64,000 nt of DNA from assembly GCF_009914755.1 (NCBI RefSeq), contig NC_060926.1. The stretch is one strand, 5' to 3'. The position numbers and the translations under genes were made by a program. The stretch comes from the human T2T-CHM13v2.0 reference genome, Homo sapiens. Shown here piece by piece: positions 1 through 11,962 of the stretch (positions are counted from its first letter, which is position 1; every line of letters starts with the position of its first letter). The notes under the pieces are model-generated. The model saw nothing but the letters and a program-made list of their open reading frames with translations, had not been told where the DNA came from and did no database searches.

Positions 1-480
1 GCGGCGGCGCCGAGTGCGGGGGGATGCGGAGCCGTGCCCGGCCCTGTCGCATCCCTCGGCCGCCCGCCCGCGCCCGGCCCCGCCCGGCCTTGCCCGGGCT
101 GCACGCACTTCTCCCGCGGCCCAGAATCCACTTGACCCTGCTGGGCGCTCCCGCGGGCGGCGGACCCGGGTGGGTGCGGGGGAATTCCCCGGCCGCCCAG
201 GCGCGGGGAGAGTGAGCTGTGCCGCCCGCAGCAGCGCCCCAAACAAACCGTTTAAGGTCTCTGGAGCCCGCAAGTTCAGCGAAATAAAGCGGCGGCGCGG
301 AGGAAACCTCTTCCACCCGGACCTGCTCTCCGTTGCGGTTTGGCCTCCAGTGGTGGTCCCACCCACCCTCTAGCTGGCCAGCCCTGGAAACCAACCTCCT
401 TTCTTTTTATTTCTCACCGGGAAGGGGGACAAACTGGCCTCTGGGTGTCGACTTCAAACTTGCCGCCCGTCTCCGGTCTG
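1..480. promoter_or_regulatory. CpG-island promoter, truncated by the window start
   Basis: Very GC- and CpG-rich 1-~350, tapering by ~480, against a CpG-depleted remainder. GC box GGCCCCGCCC at 76-85 plus further CCGCCC motifs. Confidence 0.85.
179..190. promoter_or_regulatory. NF-kB site, perfect palindrome GGGGAATTCCCC
   Basis: Exact 12-bp palindrome matching GGGRNWYYCC inside the CpG island. A second kB match, GGGATTCCCC, lies at 723-732. Confidence 0.65.
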
Positions 481-2967
481 GAAAGGCAGGTGATCAGCTA
501 GAAGGGTGATAAGAGTATCATCGTGGCTCCTAAAGAGTAATAATAATCTCCCTCATTGTAAAGACAGCTCTTCCCCCTGGCTTACTTTTTTAGACATGCT
601 GAGAAGCGCATGTCTCCATCAGGGCCCTACCTCTGCTTCTCCACAGTTGGCCTAGAACCGGAAGCCCCTCCAAGGCCCCCTGACTCTCCTGACCTCTTGG
701 CCACAGCTCCGGATTCTCACCAGGGATTCCCCAGAATTCCTAGAGAGCAGCTCAGAGCCCTGCAGTTGTGCCTCACCACGCGAACCAAACCTCGCACTCC
801 CCGCCAAAAGGGAGTCCCTTCCAGCACTCTCCCCTTTGTTCCTTTTTCTGGGCAAGAACCGCTGACTGGGGCTGCCAGAAATGTAAACCCTGGGTGCAAG
901 TGACGGGATCCCTCCAGCGTCAAGCCGAAGAGTCATCCTCTCACCTCACCCACCTCCGAATGAGGATTAACAAACTCAATTCAGGACACAGGTAGAAGAC
1001 CAAAAGGCCAATGAGACTTCTTTCCTATTTGAGATCGGATTTGAGAATGCTCAGCCTGGCTCCCTTCTTCCCCCAGCTCTGAATCAATCCTTTCTTCATT
1101 AGCATCCATAACTAATGTGCAAAATGTAAAACGCTAAATTAAGACAGAGTTGGCATCAACATAGTCTGAGAAAATGAAATTGTTATTTTACAAGCTGATA
1201 ACTCTCAGCCCTCAAAAACCCCTCTCATTAGCTGAAGGTAGCAAGTAGCAAGAAGATTAGGTAAAAACATAGAGAATATGAATATAGGAAAAAGTACAGG
1301 TGTGAAGGGCTGGCTGCCCAAATCCCAATGCACAGTGTATTTGGAAAAAGAAAAAAAAGAAAAAGAAAATCTGTCTTTCTAATATCCCCTTAGCATACGC
1401 CTTGTTGGAAATGTTTGCTTTGGCGAAAGTGAGATCGAGACATTGAGACAGCATTCCCAGGAACAAAGGCTGGGGGTGGAGGGTGGAGGAGGGAGCAGGA
1501 ACAGCCCCTGTCTGGAAGAACTGCAAGTTCTGAGGCCTGAACAAGAAATGTGTCCTGTTCCCGTGCTCCTGGCTGCAGCTGGGAAGCTTCTTCAGAAAGG
1601 AGACCTCCCGGCCCTCACCGGGATCTGGCTTTCCTTCCCTTCCCACCACATCTGTTTATACAAAGGAGGGCCGCTGAAGGACAAACATAACCGTGTTTAC
1701 TGCGAGTCCCATGCTGGGCCTGGAGCTCAGATACAGATTTGCCCTCACCATGGAGGCTGAAGATAAATAGATGATCCCAGAAAAGGAAAGAGGGAAGGCC
1801 CTGGGATGGTATAGAGCTGGTTGAGGGGTTTACTCATGAAAGGCCTCTCCCAAAAAGCCATGTAGTAACGGGCAGATTTACGTTTGAATTTAAACTCTGG
1901 TGCCTTGTGTTAATATATGAGAGTGTGTGCACCTAAAGCAATTGCAAGGCGGGTATTTAAAAATGTTTCTTTAGGAATAGCCATGATTTTCTGTTTGGGG
2001 CCTCTAACATGGGGATAGTTGGATTGATTATTTCCAGTGTTATGTTTTCATGTAATAGTGTCTTGGAGAATGAGGACTTTTGAGGAAACCCAAATAATAG
2101 TTGCAGATCCTGTTTTTTACTAAGCTGTCATGGAGATAAATCCAAAATAGTTTTTACAAGTAAAATGTAGAACAGTTAGTGAGAGCCTTTATGGGAGATC
2201 TTTATTATTTATCTGGTTTATGAAGATGTTCCTATTATCCTCCAGCCTCTGGGTATGCAAACCAAAACAAGCACTTAATCTAGTTGTCAAAATTTTAACT
2301 CCTTAATACAAAGCAAAAAAAGGGTTTGGACTTTTGGGGATTAGAATGTCAGAACTAAAAGGGAACTTTTTTATGTAAAAGAGAAAGAGACTCTCTAAAA
2401 ATAAAAATGTTAGAGTGATGTTTTCTATGAAGCTGCCTTAGCTTTTGCTCATCCTATAGTGCTTGTGACCTGAGGGTCTTTTCTCCCCACATGGATGCAA
2501 GCAACACCCCTGGGAGCTGAATCAAACCACCCAGCTAAGGGGAGGGCTGCTGGGGGAAGCTGCTAAATGAGAGGAGCTGCTTGGCTTCCCGGGTCAGGTT
2601 GGTTGGTTGGTGTAGACTAAATGTACCAAAGAAAGGGACTAACAAATGAATCCTGCTCAGTCTGGGGCCCTACTCACATTCTGCCAACCTAGTGCTGGAA
2701 GCCTCCTAAATAAATCCAGAAGCAAACCTATAGCATCTAAGATCTCCCTTCAGATATGATTTGATAGAAGAGAAGCCTTGCATGGCTTTAATTCATGCCT
2801 TATCCTGAAGACGCAGCTGCAACTCAGAGGTCATTTTTGTAACCAAGTGGGATTTTTTTTCTCTCTTTATAATCCCACCATTCCCCTAGAAAAATATGTC
2901 TGGCCAAAAGCTGGCTCTGCAGGTGGTACTGCTGGAAGGTGATAGGAGCATCATCAAGCTGCCTCAG

Positions 2968-3026
2968 CCCCTACAGCATCTCCTCCAGCTTTGTCCCCTA
3001 CAGCATCTCCTCCAGCTTTGTCCCTA
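2968..3026. repeat. 27-bp tandem duplication
   Basis: CCCCTACAGCATCTCCTCCAGCTTTGT x2, exact, followed by CCCTA. Confidence 0.95.
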
Positions 3027-3849
3027 AGGACACTACTCTCTCCTGTTCCAGCAAAGCTGCAGACGCATGACTCCATCTGCTTCTCCTTCCAGAGGCTTCT
3101 TGGGTGTTTGTAACTGTATCCAGGGATTGCAGGATAAACCTTCTAGGCTTTCTCCTTGCAAATTACATGCTAATATGTTGAACCCCAGGACAGCGTAGAT
3201 TTTAGATCCACCCAGGAGTTCTTGTGTCTTCAGGCCTTTCCCTCTCTCTCCACAGGTATCTCTGAGTGGTTCTAACCTAGGATTCGAGGTGCCTTTCTTT
3301 CTGTATTTTTTCATCATTCACCAGGTCCCGAGCAGATGGTGTGGCTGTGCTGACTGTCATCACTCCTCCTATGTTTCCATGGAAACATGGGGCATAGGGA
3401 CCATCTCCGCCTTGGGCTCTCTGACAGTATCCTCTGGCGAAGAACTTCAGTACTTGTGCCCCTCCCCCCAGCCTGTCCACTGTCCTAGGGAGTTGGAGAC
3501 CTTTCTGGGGCCCTAGAAGCCAGGGTCATTTCAGAGATCATCTAAGGACATACTCCCTGCAAATGGTTTTGAACTGGCTGGGAAAAGGAGGGAGGGTAGA
3601 AAGGGGGCCAATACCCCGGTCGAGGGCTGAGAACTGTTTTAGAAGGCAACATATTTGGACTATCTGTCCCTGCAGCCAGCTTCCATAATAGCTGATTATT
3701 GCCCAGATGTCAAAAGAGCTGCTCCTAGGGTTCAGTCTGCTCATCAGACAACAGATATTTATTGAATGTAAGTAGTTGCTGAGGTTTTATGCTTCACTGA
3801 CATTCTACACCCTGGGAATGAGTGTTTCTGGGAATGTGCATTTCTTTCC

Positions 3850-3881
<32 letters not shown>

Positions 3882-5686
3882 ACCAGGTTTTTCCCTAAGG
3901 AATGCACCTTCCCCAAAGTTTCCCGCATCCTCCTGCCTACATAATTCACTTATATAGTCACTATGACATTAATTAGATTCAGAAGTCTGTGGAAACAGCA
4001 GAGCTCGGCAGGGTCAGAGGGCAAGCAGGGCAGAGAAAAGAGAGGGGAAAATGAGCTCCGGGAGAGGGGAAGGAAGTGGAGGGAAGTTTTTCATGCCCTT
4101 CAAGTACCAAACAAAACAAAGATAATTTCAAAAGTGGTCAGCCACTATAACACTGCTTAGAGAATTAAAGTATTGACAAATTGAAGAGTGCTTTAAAATA
4201 AAGTGGATGGGGCATAAGCATGTATGTCTTGGTGTTAGTTGCTCCTTATACAGCCGGTACTAAAGGCTGGTGGGTGAAGCTTACCACATTTTAAAAAGAA
4301 AAAGGCAGGCACACATACTAAAGTTGAAAATGCAGGCAGGAAGGACATTTACTTTTCATAAAAGCGGATCAGAAAAGCATCTCCTATCACAGATCATGTA
4401 TTTTATGCCATGCTGACCAATGTTGGGGGATAATCTCATTATTTTGTGATATGAGAAGATCCTTTGATGCTGGTAACAAGAACCAATCATCCTGACTTAA
4501 ATCTTAATATCCCCACAGGTTCTTTGTCATGCTTCTTCAAGATGTGCCCTGGCCATTCATGCAAGTTTCAAGGACTCTGAATCTGTTGAGAATAGGACAT
4601 AACTAATCGTATCATTAGCAAACATGTCTATATTACTGTCAACTGGGTGCTGTTCTAAAGTATCAACTCCATTTAGTCCTCCCAAAAGCACATGAGGTAT
4701 GTTGCCATTGTTTTTATTTTGCAGGTGAGTATGCTAAGGAACAGGTAAGTGTCACAAACCCAAGCATGGCAGATCAGGAATTGGTATGGTATTACTGGTA
4801 GCTGTGATACCATACTCCACCTCCCACAACTTTTGCCTTAATTATCTATAGCATTGGCGCATTCTCATGCTCACAGGCACTGAAATAATGAAAGTAATAC
4901 AGTCCCAGTCGGAAGGCGAGAGAGAGCCCTCTACCCCTCTCTGCAATTCTCCTCCCACCCAGTTTTGCCCCTTGAGTTCTGCCATAACCGCACCTGGAGT
5001 GAGGCGCTCCTTGTCTCTAGCCTCAACGTCTTCCTTTGCAACATGAGAAGGCTGGATTGGGTGTTCTTTGTCTCTGTCAGTTTTTGTCTCTGACAGTTCT
5101 GAAATGTTAGAGGTCTGTTTTTTTCAGTTGTTCTTCCTGAGCACTGCCAGACAGGAATCCCTGGAGTATGTCAAGAGAGTCATAAACCTTTTCTTGTTTA
5201 AAGGTAGGACCTCCTTCTTGGCTTAAACAAATCTCAAGGTGTTGGTCTGCTTCAAACAGGAGTGCTGTGCTATCTGTGAAGTATTAGCAGACGGCAAGAG
5301 GAATGTGTTCAGGAAGAGGACACTTAGCTTAGGTCTGGGGGAAGCATGGGGAAGAAGTCACAACACAACTGTGGGTGTCAGGCTCTTTTCTCTGGGGCAC
5401 CAGAGAGTATTCAAGCATGGATTGGTAGTCCCCATGCAGCCCTCGGAGGAAACCGAAGCTGCAAATGCAGCAATTATGGCTTACAGCCTGAAAATGGTGA
5501 CATTCCAAAATTGCATCTTAATGGGTAAAACATTGGTGGAGAAAGGGCAGCAGAAGATCCCCACAAGGTCCTTCAGGTACAGGCATCTCCCACTGCTCAG
5601 AGTCCTGCTGGGGGTCCCCAAGTCCCAAACAAGAAGAAGCAGAGAGCAGAGTTCACCTCTTCAGGAGCTTAAGATAAACAAGTTCA

Positions 5687-6165
5687 TGCAGCAGACACGG
5701 CTGGCTGCCCACCCAACATCCATCTGCACTTGTCCTTGATAGCAAAACCTGAGTCTGGTTTGGGGAAGTCACAAGCCCAGCTGACATAACTGTATTTTCT
5801 AGTCTCTCTTATTGCAAGAACTGGGCATATGACTTAGTTCTGGCCAATAAGACACCCGTTTATGTCAGTCAGGATTTCTCAGAATGTTTTGCTTCCCTGC
5901 AGTAGACACCACCCCTTCCTCTAGGTCACTTTCTTCTTCCTGTCCAGAAAGGTGGAGAAGCCATCATCAATTTTAGGAGCAAAAGCCACAGACTAAAGTT
6001 GGCAAGTCTGAAGTTAAAAGGAGGCTAGGTCCTTGATGACTGCTTCATATAACCCTACCATCTTTGGACCATCCTACCCAGATCTGGACTTTTAGGAACA
6101 AAATAAGACCCTATGTGGCTAAGCCACTCTAGCGGTGTTTTGAATATTGCAGCTAACCCATTAGA
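5687..6165 (+). mobile_element. Old MaLR LTR (MLT1-type)
   Basis: MLT1-like motifs: gggcatatgacttagttctggccaataaga and aagccactctagcggtgttttgaatattgcagctaa. Boundaries approximate. Confidence 0.55.
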
Positions 6166-7350
6166 GAAGTCACAGTCCCTTAAATGTGCCCCGCACATTG
6201 CCGTGTATAGTCAGGACTACCAGATATCCCAGCCTATATGCCCCAATGGGGGCAGCACTGCCAAAGAATTAAGTGTGATTTACAAAAACCTGTGATTACT
6301 TCCTTACATGTAATCTTGACTACTTCTGAGTTCACTCCAATTGTAAGCAAGTTAATTAATAAGAAACTCATGCTCAATTGTCTGAAGACTGATTAATCTG
6401 GCTCCAGCATTTTTTGAATATTCCATATTATTTGTTTCTTTATTTTCATGTTATTTGTTAACCTGGTTAAGTTGCTGTGACATCCTCACAGGGATACCAA
6501 CAGATGGCATTTACGAAAAACAGTGTAGGAATAATAATAGTCAGCCTTTCTTGTGTCCTTGCCACATACACAAAAATATGTATGTTTCAGAGTTTGTCAT
6601 TGTTTCTACCAATAAACTAATTATCACTGTATGAAGCTGATTTACTTCAGAAGAAGTTTACGAAAACAACTAATTAAGTACAGTATGTTGAAATATAAAC
6701 TGCATTACAGGGTTAGAACCCTATAATAAGATCGCAGAAGCTTGAAAGTTGGGAGAAGCCATCAAGTCTCTCTCTAGCTAACCTGCTACCCATTGCAGCA
6801 GTTCCCTCCATATCAACCCTGCTATGGGCAGTCTCCACATGAATGTTTCCAGTGGTGGGGAGTGCGCTCTCTGAAGAGCCTCCCTGTTTTACTTTTCAAG
6901 GGCTCAGCTCTAGCTGGAACAACATTCTTCCTTATATTTATGGATCCCAAATTGATTTCCCTGTACCTTCTTAACATGTCACAGGCTCACAGTAAGCATG
7001 CAATTAGAGCTCAGCTTTGCTGAACTCCTTCTATTGGTCCTCCATATATTGAGACTTACGGGCTCAAGTATTTCCTCAGCACTTTGGTAAGTGAAAGAGC
7101 AAAGAAAGAAGTCTTTGCTCAGTGGAATACCATACAGAGAGGGCGAGTCAGTCTCTTAAGAGGAGCACATGGCCATGGAGATGAGAGAAACCCCACCTTC
7201 TTCTAATTTGTAGTTGGTTTCTTGGAAGAAGGGAGCTTCATAAAGAAGCTAGAGCTGGCCACAAGAAGGAAAATGCCCACAACAAGATAGGAGGCAGGAA
7301 ACCCCTGGAAAAGAAAGATACCTACCTGCTAGTTCTCAGGGAAGAGGCTG

Positions 7351-7652
7351 GGCCAGGCATGGTGGCTCATGCCTGTAATCCCAGTACTTTGAGAGGCTGA
7401 GGCTGGAGGATCACTTAAGCCAGGAGTTCAAGACAAGCCTGGGCGACATGGTGAGACCCTGTCCCTACAAAAAATAAAAAATTAGCTGGCCATGGTGGCA
7501 CACACTTGTAGTCCCAGCTACTCAAGAGGCTGAGGTGGGAGGATCACTTGAGCTCCAAAGTCAAGGCTGCAGTGAGCTGTGATCACACTGCTGCACTCCA
7601 TCCTAGGTGAAAGAGTGAGACCCTGTCTCCAATGGAAGAAAAAAAGAAAGAA
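7351..7652 (+). mobile_element. AluJ
   Basis: Dimeric Alu with J-type ggaggatcactt and gtcaaggctgcagtgagctgtgatc. Confidence 0.9.
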
Positions 7653-8129
7653 GCTGCACAATGGGAGGTAGAAAGCAGGAGCCCAAGGTCGTGAGAGGAG
7701 GAAAGTGAGTGAAGGAAGGGGCTCTGATTAGAGCTACAGGCCCGAGGGCCTGCCCTGCTCCACCACTATCCATAATGAGAGCAACTCTTTCCAGGGATGG
7801 CTCCCAGTGTTTTTCCAAAGCTCCTACTCACCTGTGATGCTTATTATAATTCCATATACTTGGCACAGACAGTTACAATTTTATGAATTTAGCATTGCTT
7901 TCTGTCACTCTCTAGACAACAATATGAGGTTTATTACAACATAAAGGGAAATTCATCCTCTTGGACTTGACTGAGTGTCAGCCCAAATCCCCATGCTGTC
8001 ATCTCTGTCATCTTCCCTTGAAGAATGCAACCTCAAGTCAGGGCTGAAGTCATTGGGGATACATTCCCAAACCAGGGTCCTGGGGTCAGGCCTCAAGAGG
8101 ATAATCTCAATGATCACATAAGTCATTTC

Positions 8130-8950
8130 AGATATTGATTTACTGAACAAACATTATTGAACACCTATTACATGCCAAGCAGTGAGCTAAGAAAGAAGAT
8201 GAGAAAGAGAAGTTTGAAAGGCCAAAAAGCCCACTGTCTAGAAGATAATGCACACACATCTTAATGCACTTACTCATCCTTGAATTGAACAAATACTTCT
8301 TGATTCAGTTAGGTGCTTAGAACTATGCTAGGTACTGAGTTTATTACCAAAGTGAAACAGACATGGTCTCATGAAACAGGCCATATACAATGTTGTTTTA
8401 ATATGCTTAGTGCTATGATGAGAGAAGTGCAGGTACTCAGGGAGATCTTTCCAGAAAGAACGACTGATTTGCATTCCAAGTCAAGAACTGAATTATCAAG
8501 ACTAAGTGAATAGGGGGGAATGGAATAGAACAAACGCCGTGTACTATAACGTATTACCTGCTATGACAGAAGCATGTCTGTGGAGCTAAAGGAGCAAAAG
8601 AAAGTGGATGATGACCAAGGCACTCCTAAAGGGCTTAATACAGCCCCTAACATTGGGTTGGGTCTAACGGAATGAAAGTCAAAGTGAGAGTGAGGAGGCA
8701 GTGATGGAAGAGCATTCCAGGCAGAGGGAAAACCACAGAATAGAGCACAGAGGCCAGAAGAAGCATGCCATGTTCCCCTAGCAGAGAAGGTTCTATGTGG
8801 TCAAAGTGTTGCCTTGAGGTGGGGGGGTTGTAGAAGTCAGTAGGTCAAATGGGGGTTAGGGGAAGAAGCAGAATGAAGGGAGATGGAAAAGGAGCCAAGG
8901 CCAGGGCAAGAGATTGGGGCCAGATGGTGAAGAGGCCTGTATTGATGTTG
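8130..8950 (-). mobile_element. L2 fragments
   Basis: Reverse L2 3' end (aacaaacattattgaacacctatt) and agcattccaggcagagggaaaa motif. Approximate. Confidence 0.55.
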
Positions 8951-9262
8951 TAAAAACATTTTCAAGTAAGCAGGAAACCAAGATCAGAGATTCAGTAAAG
9001 CAGCTAGTGAACACCCAGCTGCCAAACCCAGGGGAACAACTGAGAGTTGAAAAGAGGAAATGTCTTCTGAGAAGCCAGAGAAAGTATTTCACAGAGGATT
9101 CAGCCCAGGGGTTTTTCTTTTCTTAGTTGTAAAATCCAGCAAGTCTGGAAACCCCTTCCCTCTGCACAGAGCTGGCCCAGAGCACAGTGAAAATGTGAAG
9201 TGCCTTGTTCATCAATTATTAAGAATTCAAAATGTTGACAGCAGAGCTTTAGACAAAGATAG

Positions 9263-9706
<444 letters not shown>

Positions 9707-10205
9707 TAGATGAGCAACACATTGAGAGCTCAGCACTGAACTCATAACATCATGCAAGCCCCCGTGTTGAGTTCATTCCAAAATGAAAAGCTTCTTTTAG
9801 TTCCTGATTGTATTGATAATATACACACAGGAAGACAATTCAAGCCATGCACAGCAGTAAGTACGTGATTGGGGTGGAAATGTCAAATTATAGGTATGTA
9901 TTTCAATTTTTTTCTCCCCTTTCTATGAGAGAGTCCTCAAAAAGACTTTTGTTTGTTATGCAAGGTGATGATCAAGATGAATCTTAGGGAAACTGAGAGG
10001 AGGAGGAAATGGTTGTACAAAATTAACATGTGGGATTTCCTGGTGATCTTCCTAAAATTGGCTCATAGCTCAATTGCATTGTAATCACAGAGCAGACTCT
10101 TTATCTATCATTTGGATACTTTAAGACTTGTTGAGATTTGCTCTGTGATCCCACCTATAGCTAATTTTGTAAGTTTCCATGCATGCTTAAAAATATGTGT
10201 ATACC

Positions 10206-10518
10206 AGCCAGGAGTGGTGGCTCACACCTGTAATCCCAGCATTTTAGGAGGCTGAGGCAGGCAGATCACTTTGAGGCAGGAGTTCCAGACCAGTTTGGCC
10301 AACATGGTGAAACCTCGTTTCTACTAAAAATAGAAAAAATAGCTGGGCATGGTGATAGGCACCTGTAATTTCAGCTACTAGGTACTTGGGAGGCTGAGGC
10401 AGGAGAATCTCTTGAACCCAGGAGGTGGAGGCTCCAGTGGGTTGAGATCATACACTGTACTCCATCCAGCCTGGGTGACAGAGGGAGACGCTGTCTCAAA
10501 AAATAAAAATAAAAATAA
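10206..10518 (+). mobile_element. AluS
   Basis: Dimeric Alu with (AAAAAT)n tail. Confidence 0.92.
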
Positions 10519-10654
10519 GTGTATCCTGCTATTGTTGGTATGGTATTCCTTATTTGTTCATCCGTTATATTTTCAGCTCATTTTTTTCAGATCTTTCTAT
10601 TCTTACTGATATGATGTCTGATGTATTATGTCTATCTTATCTAAGAGGTTTGTC

Positions 10655-11962
10655 AGAATACCAGTATTTCCTATGTTTCCACTGGTGAAGAATTCTCTGT
10701 GTCTTTTAGTATGGGAATATCAACTTTTCTTTTGTTTCTTTCAGTCTGGAAATATCAATTTTATGTTTATAATTGAAGGGTATTTTTGCCAGGTTTAAAA
10801 TGACAGATAAACAGTTCTTTTCCTTAAGTACTTTGAGTGCTGTCAATTTTATTGTTGTTCCTATGAGATGTTTGTCAACATTTTCCTCTATAATTGAAGG
10901 TTTTTAAAATTTCTTCTTATAATCTTTTTCAAGTTATTCTTTACATATTTGAAATCATGCTATTATGTGCCTAAGATTTAGAATAGTTACACCATCCTGT
11001 TGAACTGGCCCTGTTAACAATGATGAGTGGTCTCTCCTAATCTCTAATGATGATTTTTGCCTTAAAAATCTACATATCTCATACAGATATAACTGCATCA
11101 GCTTTCCTTGGGTTTATGTTTGTAGGAAAAGTATCTTTCCATACTTCTCCTTTTTGCCTTTCTATATCCTTATGTTTTATATGTGTCATTTGTAAACAAC
11201 ATATAGCTCTATGTTTGCTTTTTTTTTTAACTCAGCCTGACAAACTTTGCCTTTTAATTAAAGAAATTAATCTATTTACAGTTAATGTAATTACATTTAT
11301 ATTGGGCTGTAAGTCTACCATTTGCAAGGAGCTATTTGTTCTGATCGTTCTGTTCCTTTGTCTATTTTTGTGCTGTCCTCATTTGGATTATTTGAGTATA
11401 CTTTTATTGTCCTATGTTCCTTCTCTATTACCTTGGAACATACATGGCTTTGTTTACTATTCTTTACTGTTGAACTTGAAAGTAAATCATGAATTCTTGA
11501 CTTATCAAAGTCCAATATTAATTGTTATTTTTATTTTCTTCCAGGAAAATTCAAGGACCTTAGAACTTTTTAAATCCATTTACTCTTCTCTATATTTGTG
11601 TATCATTGTTGTCATGTACTTAATTTTCTATATATTAAACCCCCAAAGACATTATTATTTTATATAGTTAATTTTCATTAGCATTTTGCTTGCCCTTCAT
11701 TCATTCCTGCACCTCTGGTCTTCCATTTAGGATAATTTTTCTTCTCCTTAAAGAATACCAGTATTTCCTGTGTTTCCACTGGTGAACAATTCTCTGTTTC
11801 TTTTAGTAAGGGAACATCAATTTTTCTTTGTTTCTTTCAGTCTGGAAATATCAATTTTACATTTATAATTGAAGAGTATTTTTGCCAGGTTTAAAATGAC
11901 AGATTAACAGTTCTTTTCCTTAAGTACTTTGAGTGCTGTCAACTTTACTGTTGTTCCGATGA
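10655..11962 (+). repeat. ~212-bp direct repeat pair (10655-10866 and 11752-11962)
   Basis: Both copies run agaataccagtatttcct...ttaagtactttgagtgctgtcaa...tgttgttcc-atga. About 90% identical by eye. Confidence 0.93.

Noticed and set aside
14-373. 119-aa GC-rich ORF in the CpG island
   Set aside because: GTG start and Pro/Arg/Ala/Gly composition expected from GC content; no recognisable homology.
1-400. Naming the gene served by this promoter
   Set aside because: No recognisable coding exon in the window; needs BLAT.
1472-1493. Possible G-quadruplex
   Set aside because: Only three G3+ tracts.
11047-11667. 206-aa hydrophobic membrane-like ORF
   Set aside because: T-rich antisense strand of a degraded L1M; the hydrophobicity is compositional.
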